This document shows, in pieces, positions 25,926 to 34,900 of a stretch of 64,000 nt of DNA. The notes beneath the pieces were generated by a model. The model was not told the origin of the DNA. It saw only the letters and a program-made list of their open reading frames with translations, and made no database searches. The first letter of the stretch is position 1. Every line of letters starts with the position of its first letter. The position numbers were made by a program, and so were the translations under genes. The DNA is from a virus (Duplodnaviria > Caudoviricetes), in IMG/VR virus record IMGVR_UViG_3300027769_000023, positions 1 through 64,000 of that record. One strand, 5' to 3'.

Positions 25926-26599
25926 TGATAAAATTTAATTCAAAGCAGTTTAAGATTGATCTAACAAACATCGTAGAGTATTCCGTTGGATTCTTAGATG
26001 GAATTCACGCAGGTAAAAAAGTATTTCTAAATAATCTTGGTAAAGAATCTGTAGAAGTTATTAAACAGTTTATTGATTCAAATGCAAAGGCTGATCCAGC
26101 AATGCTCGCACACGTATACGAATGGTATCAAGTTGGTAGCCCAGACGCAAGACTATATGACATTAACTATACTGTAAGTAATCTTGGTCTTTCTTTCTTG
26201 TCAACCTTTAAACAATCATCAACTATTAAAGATGGATCACGAGAGCCTTTTTATAATAAAGCAAGAATTATGGAAGAAGGAATTCCTGTTGTCATTAGAC
26301 CAAAGGTTGCAACAACACTAGTATTTGAACAAGACGGAGAAACAATTTTTACAAAAAATGCAGTAAAGGTAGATAATCCTGGAGGAGTAGAAGCACAAGG
26401 GGGATTTCAAAAAATGATGGACATCATCTTTAGTAAGTATTTCTCCCAAGCACTCCTAAGAACAACAGGGCTTGACCTATATCTAAACAATCCTAGAGTA
26501 TATAAAACCAATATGGCAGCAGGCAAACGATCTGGAAGATCTGCAGGTTACCCAACAGGATTTAAGTGGATTGCAAATGCGGGGGTAGTAAATGGCTAA
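25925..26599 (+). CDS. Neck/tail-completion protein
   Basis: Synteny; KARIMEEG motif resembling HK97 gp10-type proteins. Confidence 0.5.
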   Translation: MIKFNSKQFKIDLTNIVEYSVGFLDGIHAGKKVFLNNLGKESVEVIKQFIDSNAKADPAMLAHVYEWYQVGSPDARLYDINYTVSNLGLSFLSTFKQSSTIKDGSREPFYNKARIMEEGIPVVIRPKVATTLVFEQDGETIFTKNAVKVDNPGGVEAQGGFQKMMDIIFSKYFSQALLRTTGLDLYLNNPRVYKTNMAAGKRSGRSAGYPTGFKWIANAGVVNG

Positions 26600-27110
26600 T
26601 ATATACCATCCTCCGTCATTGATCAATGCCTATTTAGCAGCAAAGGTTAATCCCGCTTTTGATGATCAAACAGAAAATGCTATCAACCTAAGATTCTTTC
26701 CAACCAGCCCGACATCTATTGATACTTTGACTGAAACCTTCCCAGATGGTGGAGGGACATTCGCAGTTTATGACAGAATGCTTCGTATGCGTAGACAGCC
26801 ATTCCCTCATATCAAATGTGAGCAAGTCTTGTATTATTTTTATGCTTTTGGAGAAAACCATATTGAGAGCATGGTCAAGATTACGGCAGATGTAGAAGAG
26901 TGGCTAAACAATGGAGACGAATCCGCAGAAGATCTAAACAAATGGGCAAGAGAAAATACTGCTTTATGGTCAGATGCAACCCTACCTATTCAGTTCCATA
27001 ACTTCAAGGTATACCAACTACAGGAGACCAGAGACATCATTGATTTTGGTACAGCACGAACATATGCAGGAAACAAGATTATAGTCGATTTTGACTGGCA
27101 CAAGGGCTAG
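26592..27110 (+). CDS. Tail terminator protein
   Basis: Synteny directly before the major tail protein. Confidence 0.5.
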   Translation: MANIYHPPSLINAYLAAKVNPAFDDQTENAINLRFFPTSPTSIDTLTETFPDGGGTFAVYDRMLRMRRQPFPHIKCEQVLYYFYAFGENHIESMVKITADVEEWLNNGDESAEDLNKWARENTALWSDATLPIQFHNFKVYQLQETRDIIDFGTARTYAGNKIIVDFDWHKG

Positions 27111-27119
27111 TAAAAAGGC

Positions 27120-27155
27120 TGTTATAATTGTAGATGAGGAAACACGCCTACAATT
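27120..27155 (+). promoter_or_regulatory. Extended -10 promoter (TGTTATAAT) overlapped by inverted repeat AATTGTAG-N14-CTACAATT
   Basis: Hexamer at 27123-27128; arms at 27126-27133 and 27148-27155. Confidence 0.6.
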
Positions 27156-27190
27156 TCATATAGTAAACTAAAGAAAAAGAGGTGGAATAA

Positions 27191-27835
27191 ATGGCTTATA
27201 CACGTGGCTCGTCCAATAACATCATCGTGGGAGCAGCAGCGCTGTTCACATACGATGGTTCATTATCGGGACAAATCGGAGATTCTCTAGGGACTCTCCC
27301 AGGCTTTGAAGCAGGACTATCTTATAAGGATACCCTAGCAGATGAGGCTAATTATACAAACGTAGGATATACCAGCAATGGTATTGAACTTACATTCCAG
27401 CCTGACTTCGGTGAAGTTCAGGTTGACCAGGTACTTGACGTTGCTCGTCTTTTCAAGCAAGGTATGCAGGTATCACTTAAGACTTCATTCGCTGAGGCAA
27501 CACTAGAAAACCTTTTGGTTGCAGTTGCAGCACAGGATGAGGATCTTGATGCCCTTACAGGCACAGGAGTTGGAGCAGGAAGCAAGTCTTTCGACATCAA
27601 CTCAGGAGCACTAGGAGAAGTTCCACTGGAGCGAGGAATCGTTGCAGTAGGACCAGGAACTGGTGACCCAGCAATTGACAAGGAGCGTATTTACATCGGA
27701 TACCGTGCACTCTCAATTGAGAGCGTAACTGCATCTGCTAAGCGTGATGCTGCTTCTATGTTTGACGTAACTTTCCGTATGCTTCCATTGGATAATGGTA
27801 TGTATGGTAAGATCGTTGACCGCAGAATTGCATAA
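27191..27835 (+). CDS. Major tail (tube) protein
   Basis: NIIVGAA, VGYTSNG..L.FQP...EV.VDQ, EATLENL, F.VTF..LP tail-tube pattern; followed by a terminator. Confidence 0.85.
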   Translation: MAYTRGSSNNIIVGAAALFTYDGSLSGQIGDSLGTLPGFEAGLSYKDTLADEANYTNVGYTSNGIELTFQPDFGEVQVDQVLDVARLFKQGMQVSLKTSFAEATLENLLVAVAAQDEDLDALTGTGVGAGSKSFDINSGALGEVPLERGIVAVGPGTGDPAIDKERIYIGYRALSIESVTASAKRDAASMFDVTFRMLPLDNGMYGKIVDRRIA

Positions 27836-27853
27836 TTAATTTATTAATTATAC

Positions 27854-27890
27854 GAGAACTGCCCTTTCTTAGGATTGGGCAGTTTTCTTT
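27854..27890 (+). terminator. Intrinsic terminator after the tail tube gene
   Basis: GAGAACTGCCC / GGGCAGTTTTC stem followed by TTT. Confidence 0.8.
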
Positions 27891-27898
27891 GCTATAAT
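27890..27898 (+). promoter_or_regulatory. Extended -10 promoter, leaderless transcript
   Basis: TGCTATAAT; ATG 27905 lies 6 nt downstream. Confidence 0.75.
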
Positions 27899-27904
27899 GG
27901 TTTA

Positions 27905-28582
27905 ATGGCCACTAAAGTATACCAAGAGCATCCAGTCACCCTTTTTGATGGAACCGTAATATTACTATCACCATTAAAAATTAAATACCTACATCAGGTT
28001 ATGGAAACATTTCTTTCTGTTAAAAAAGCAAAAAATGATTTAGAGGCTATAGCAGTTTTGACAGAATGTACAAGATTGGCAATGCAACAATATTGCCCAA
28101 GACTATCCCTAAGTATTGAAGATTTGGAAGATGCTGTCGACCTGCCAACAGTTTACAAAGTAATGGATATTGGCGCTGGAATAAAGATTGATGATAAAGA
28201 CGATCAACCAGTAAAAGAGCAAGCAGCCGAAGGTGGTGACACTTGGGATAGCCTAGATTTATTAAAGTTAGAGTCTGAAGCATTTTTGCTGGGGGCTTGG
28301 AAAAATTATGAAGACCTAGAACTATCTATATCAATGCCAGAACTATTACAGATTATATCTATGAGGAGAGAACTTGACCATATGGAGAAAAAGTTCTTAG
28401 CAGCAATTCAAGGTGTTGATATAGATAAAGACAAGGGCGATGATAAATGGGAAGAAATGAAAAATAGAGTTCTGTATAAGGGCAAAGGCAGTAACGATAT
28501 TACAAACCTATCAGGAAAGCGTGCAATGGAGGCTGGGTTTGGAATAGGCAACGGTCTAGACTATGAAGAAATAACTGCATAA
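27905..28582 (+). CDS. Tail assembly chaperone, GT-like (G-like N-terminal half plus T-like extension)
   Basis: The N-terminal ~100 aa align with 28633..28953; lies between tail tube and tape measure. Confidence 0.7.
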   Translation: MATKVYQEHPVTLFDGTVILLSPLKIKYLHQVMETFLSVKKAKNDLEAIAVLTECTRLAMQQYCPRLSLSIEDLEDAVDLPTVYKVMDIGAGIKIDDKDDQPVKEQAAEGGDTWDSLDLLKLESEAFLLGAWKNYEDLELSISMPELLQIISMRRELDHMEKKFLAAIQGVDIDKDKGDDKWEEMKNRVLYKGKGSNDITNLSGKRAMEAGFGIGNGLDYEEITA

Positions 28583-28598
28583 AAAACACGCTTGTTTA

Positions 28599-28607
28599 TG
28601 CTATAAT
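28599..28607 (+). promoter_or_regulatory. Extended -10 promoter (TGCTATAAT)
   Basis: Followed by AAGGAGG SD and ATG 28633. Confidence 0.75.
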
Positions 28608-28632
28608 TGATACAACCTTACAAGGAGGAAAA

Positions 28633-28953
28633 ATGGCAACAACAGTCCATGAAGAAAAGACAGTAACACTGATTGATGGAACAAAGATCAAGGTAAGACC
28701 ACTAAAGATTTCTCTACTTCGTCCGTTTATGAAGAAGTTTGAAGGAGTCGCAGCAGTAGCAGAAGATAACGAAAAGTCAATGAACATTCTTATGGAATGT
28801 ATTCAAATTGCAATGAAGCAGTACAAGCCAGAACTTGCAGAAGATTTGGCAGCATTGGAAGATAATATGGATCTCCCAACTGTGTACAAGATTATTGAAG
28901 AAGCATCTGGAGTTAACCTTTCAGATACACCAGTTCTCAATACTCTTCCATAA
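28633..28953 (+). CDS. Tail assembly chaperone, G-like
   Basis: 106 aa directly before the tape measure; VTLIDGT...PLKI...DLPTVYK shared with 27905. Confidence 0.75.
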   Translation: MATTVHEEKTVTLIDGTKIKVRPLKISLLRPFMKKFEGVAAVAEDNEKSMNILMECIQIAMKQYKPELAEDLAALEDNMDLPTVYKIIEEASGVNLSDTPVLNTLP

Positions 28954-28979
28954 ATAAAACTATAAAGAGGTAATAATGA

Positions 28980-31900
28980 ATGGCTGATATTCAGTCCAAT
29001 ATTGTAGTCAATATTGATACATCTGCAGCACTTGCAGAACTCAAAGCGCTACAACGCCAGATATCGGCTTTTCATTCCTCAATGGCAAAGGGTGGTGCTG
29101 CTAGCACTGCTGTTTCTGCCAACATGCAGCAAAACCTTGCAAACACTATTAATTCTAGTGGCAAGTTTCATGCTGAGATGGTTCGTGTAAGATCTACAAC
29201 AGAATCATTTAATACAGCGCTTGCTAAAAACCAACTCTCAATGAAAGAGTATTTTAGATATGCTGGTGGAGCATCTAAAACATTCGGTAGACTATTTAAG
29301 CAAGAGCATGAAACAATCAACAAGGTTGTAAGAGAAAATGTAAAGACTCTTCAGACTCAGTATATAAAGATGGGTCGAGATGCATCTGGATCTTTAAAGG
29401 CCATGTCAGTACGTCCACTAGCCTTGGACATGAAAAATTTACAAACACAAACAGCCCTTGCTGCACAAAAGCAAGCATTGCTAAATCAACTTTTAAGACA
29501 AGGTTCTACAAACCTTCTAAACTTTGGTAAGAATACTCAGTGGGCTGGACGACAGTTGATGGTTGGTTTTACAGTTCCACTTATGTATTTTGGTGCAGCA
29601 GCAAGCAAGACATTCATGCAAATAGAAGAGCAAGCAATTAAGTTTAAACGTGTTTACGGAGATCTTTTCACAACATCCTCTGAGTCTGCAAAAGCATTAA
29701 AGGATGTTCAACTTCTTGCAAATGAGTTTACAAAGTATGGTATAGCCGTAGCAGATACAATGAAGATGGCAGCAGATGTTGCTGCAACTGGTAAGGTTGG
29801 CGCAGACCTAATGTCTCAAGTTGCATCTGCAACAAAACTTGCAGTTCTTGGAAACATCGATCAAGAAAAATCTCTTGAAACTATCATCTCTCTTACATCT
29901 ACATTTGGTATTGCTGCAAATGATTTAGCACAAAACATTGACTTCCTTAACGCTGTAGAAAACCAGACAATCTTAAACATCGATGACCTAACAACTGCTA
30001 TTCCAAAGGCAGCACCAGTAATTAAACAACTTGGTGGAAACGTACAAGACCTTGCATTCTTTATGACAGCAATGCGTGAAGGTGGTATTAATGCATCAGA
30101 AGGGGCTAACGCACTAAAGTCTGGTCTTGCTTCTATGATTAACCCATCAGCAAAAGCAAGTGCTTTCTTAAAAGACTTAGGCATAAATCTTAAAGGAATT
30201 GTTGAAAGCAATCAGGGAGATATTAAAACTACTGTTATTCAGTTTGCACAAGCACTAGACACTTTAGATCCTCTTAATCGTTCTCGTGCAATTGAGCAAC
30301 TATTTGGTAAGTTCCAGTTTGCTCGTATTTCTACACTGTTCCAGAATGTACTTAAAGAAGGAACGCAAGCACAAACAGTCTTAGGCTTAACAAAAGCCAC
30401 AACAGAAGAACTTGCAATCCTATCTGAGCGAGAATTGTCAAAAATCTCAGACTCTCCAATGTTTAAATTTAAAAAACAAATAGAAGATCTTAAAGTTGCT
30501 ATAGCCCCAATTGGTGGAGAGTTCTTAAAAGCACTAACTCCAGTAGTTAAATTCTTTGGTGGAATATTTGAAAAGTTTAATGGCCTTTCAGATGGTGCTA
30601 AAAAGTTTATTGTTATTCTTACAACAGTAGTTGCTGGTATAGGACCACTACTACTTATGTCTTTTGGTTTATTGGCAAACGGTGTTGCAAATATAATTAA
30701 GATGTTCGTTGGAATTAAGTCTATATTCAATGGAGTTGGAAAATCATCTCTCGGTCTTGGCGAACAGACTAACTATCTTACACAACAGCAGATGGAAAAT
30801 GCAGCCTCTGCAGCATCTCTTGATCAAGCACATCAAAGATTACAACAAAGATTTACATCTGAAAAGACTGCGGTAGTTCAGTTAACAGCAGCATATCTAC
30901 AAGCGGTTCAAGCACAGAGAGCCTTTGGAATGCCTGCCATGCGCCCTGGTATGCCTGGTAAGCCACCAATGCGTCTTGCTGAAGGAATTGTTACAGTACC
31001 AGGACCAAAGGGCGCAGGAGACGTTGTTCCAGCAATGCTATCTCCAGGAGAGTCTGTAATTCCAGCAAAGCAGTCTGATAAATATGCACCACTTATTTCA
31101 GGAATTATTGCTGACAATATTCCAGGGTACATAAAGGGTCTTCAAGGCGCAGGAGGAAAGACAGAATTCGCACACATTGGATCAATGACTCCAGTCCCTG
31201 CTGCAACACTTGCAGCACAGTTAAATCAAATGGAAGGTGCAGTAACAGCAAGAGCACTTAGAGTAATCAATGCAGTTGCTGCTCAATTTGGAAATGCTTT
31301 GATGGTAAATGTTTACGGTAAGTTGGGTATGACAACTGGACAAACATCAACTGGAAAGAGTATTAATGGACTTCTTGGTAAGCCAGGAGGAGTAGCAAAA
31401 TCAGAATTTGTTGCAGACTTTGACAAGCAAGGTATGCAAAGATGGAAGGCATCATTAAAGGCTGCAGGATTAAAGATGGACGATGTGTCTGCAGAGTTGA
31501 CACAATTAGATCGTGGTATCAGAGAGTACATGACATCTGTTCACAAGGGTGCAGTAGTTACTGATCAAACAGTAAAGCAAGCATATGAATATTCAACCAA
31601 AAAGATGGCAGCAGATAGCAGAGTAGTCACAGCATTTAATCAGTTAGCAAATACTGCTGGAGAAGCAAGAGTAAATATCTCACAAGCAGTTGCTGCCAAG
31701 TTTGGATTGTCAAAGGTTCCTACTGCAGGAAGCAAGCCAGTAGTTAGAGTTGGCGAAGAAAGAATTAGAACTGGTGGAGATAGACTCCCATTCTATAGAA
31801 GTGCAGGATTTGATATTGTTAAGGCTGCTACAAGGGCTATTGCAGAAGGCGCAAAGAGCGCCCTTAAAGTTGCTTCTCCTTCAAAGGAAATGCGTACTGT

Positions 31901-34900
31901 TGGAGAGCAGTCTGGAGCAGGACTTGTTCTTGGTGCTAAGGGTCAGATTGATGATGCAACTGTAGCAGGTCAGCAAATCGGTGCAGCAATTAAAACTGGT
32001 GCAGTCTCAGGACCAATGCCAACGGGATCTCAGTCAGGAAATCGTGCAGCACTTTATGGAACTGGTCCAGTAGATGCTAATGCTAAGTCAGTTCGTAGAC
32101 AACTAGAACTCGTTGAGAAACGTAAGTTAGCAGAAGCAAAGAAGCAGTTAAAACTAGATGAAAGAATTTCTCAGTCTAAGCAAGCGTTGTATGGAACAAC
32201 TGGTGAAATCACACAAGACATGAGAACTCAAAGAAGATTAAGACAGGCTACAGAAAGAGCATTAATCAAGGCACAGGCAGAAAGAGCAAAGGCAGAAGCA
32301 GCAGCAGCAGCCAATGTAATTAAGCAATCATCGCTTACTGCAGCCCTTGAAAGACTTAAAAACAGAGCAATCATGGCTCGTACAGACTCAGAATTAATGG
32401 CAGCAAAAAGAGCAAAGATGTCTTCTGTAGGTGGAAAAATTGGTGGAGCAGCAATGGGCCTATCCATGGTAGCCATGATGGGGTCTATGGCTGGCGGTAA
32501 AGTTGGAGAAATGTCTCAAAAGGCAATGATGCCACTAATGTTGTTATCTATGGCTGCAACAATGGCAGGAAGTTCTTTGGGTCTTCTTGCTCTTGGAATT
32601 GGTGTTGTTATTGGTGCTTACGTAATGAATAGAATGGCAGTAGATAAAGCAGGAGATGCTGCTATAGCGTTTGCTGATAGAGTAAATGGATCAAACCAAG
32701 CATTGCAAGGTTTTGCAGAATTTGCTGGACGTGTCACTGCTTCTGAAATTATGGATAGAAGACGTAAGGATGAAATTAAACAGTATCAAACTAAAACTGG
32801 TAAAACAACATTTGGAGAAAGTTTTGTAGCAGGAGAAAAGGGCAAGGCTCTAGTAAAAGACGTTGGCGCTAATATTGGTCAAAACGGTACTGCACTAGCC
32901 TCTACTCAGTTATTTAGACAGTTAGCAATGGGTGTGACATCTGGAGCAATGACAACACAAGAGGCTAGATCTATTGCCATTAATATTGGTGATGAGTTAG
33001 GAAACCAAGCCTTTGGTATTCAGGTTAATGCTAAGTTGACAGAGTTGCTTGGACCTAATGGAGAAAATTATTTGAAGGATCCTTTGGCAATTAGAACAAA
33101 GATGGTAGATGCAACTAACAGAGACCTAAAGGCTAGCAGTAAGCGAGCAGGTCAGAGTTTTGGATATACAGGAAAGGATTTAAAGAATATTGGCGGATAC
33201 ACAGCAGCAGGTGCAGGCGCTGGCGCAGCAGCAGGAGCCATCGCTGGCCAGATGCTAATTCCAATCCCAGGAGTCGGTGCAGCAGTAGGTGCTGTTCTTG
33301 GAACTATTATTGGTGGAACAGCAGGATACTTTAAGGGAAGAACTGAAAGAGGAAAGAGAATTGCAGCAAATACTGGCGCAGATGCTGCTATGCAAAAGAT
33401 TGCCCTAGAAGAGCAACAGCAAATGCTTGACGGTCTTGAACTTGATTATCAAAAAAGAATTGACATTGCAAAGGCAGCAGGAGATGCAACAGAAGCATCA
33501 AGACTTGAGAACCTATATCTAGAGGATAAGCAAAAACTTCTAACTAAGCAAAAAGAAACTACTGACATGATCATGACAAACTTCAAGGGTGCAGATAGTG
33601 CTATCCAAGATGCATACATGAATAGTGCAAACAAGTTAATGACTAAAAAATATAAGGGTACTGCTGTAGAGGATGTAGTCCCTATGGCACAGCAAGCAAT
33701 TGATGACTCTGCTGGAACTAAAGAGCAGAAGTATTTGCTTAAGATGGAGGTTGCATCTGGAAATATTGATCCTGTCATGCTTATTAGTTTGATGAATCTT
33801 GCCTCAACAGACAAAGCAGCGTTTGACTCAACGATGAATATTATTACAAAGTTTGGTGGTAAGGCTGCATCAGAGGCACAACAAGTTGCAGATTTATTTA
33901 TTGGAGCAGATGGAAAGCCTAATACAAAACTTCAAACAGACTTTATGCTTAAGGTTAGTAAAGCAACTACAGCAAAAGAAGCACAAAAGATTATTGATTT
34001 TAATCAGCAGATTACAAGAGCAGGTGGAGAACTTGATGTTGCATACCTTATTAGTTACTATGAGAAAAACCCAGATGCAGCAGGAAAGTTGCAAGAATAC
34101 TACGATCTACTAAAGGCAAATGGTGGAAACCTAGAAATTTCTGTTATGACTAAGTTTCTTCCACCAGAATACTTGGGAGCAATTGATCAGGCATACTATA
34201 ACAAACTAACAGACAATGAAAAACAAGTCTATATGAATGAAATTGTTACAATCATGTCTATTACAGATGAGGCTTCATTTAAGGCAGACCCAGATGTTCA
34301 GAAATGGCTTAGTGAGCCAAAAGAAAAGGGCGGTGGAGAATTTTATCAGGGCGCATCATTCCCAGTTCAAAAGCAGATGTATGCTCAACATCTTGCTGGA
34401 ATTAAAACAGAAGCCTTAGATGGTACAGAAGGAGTAAACCTCGGCGGTGGTGGCGGTGCAAAGACAGGACCAACAGCATCACCACTAGATGAACTAATTA
34501 AAAAGATTAGAGATTTAAGAAAAGCACAGCAAGGCTTGACTGTCGGCTGGGGATCATCAATGAAGGCGATGAATGCCCTGTTTACTGACGCAAAGGGTAA
34601 AGTTAAAAACCTATCTCCATCAAAAGACAAAAATGGTAAGTCAACAGGACCATTTAATGGTCTTGAGAATAACCTAAGAAAGAAGGGCATGGGGCAAGGA
34701 GCCATTGACTTCTTAACAGGATTAAGCGTAGAAGACTACAAGAAGGTTGGACCTAAGTTTATTGAGATAGATAAAAAAACAGGTGCTATCAGAGTAAAAA
34801 ATGCAGCACAACTTAATGCTTTATTGAATAATATTGCTATTGGTAATTTCCAAAATGAAAATGAAAAGTTTATTGATAATATAAAAAATCAAGGCTCTGC

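Noticed and set aside
28900-28980. Programmed -1 frameshift at the end of the G-like chaperone
   Set aside because: No XXXYYYZ heptamer seen, and only 26 nt separate its stop from the TMP start, leaving no room for a T frame.
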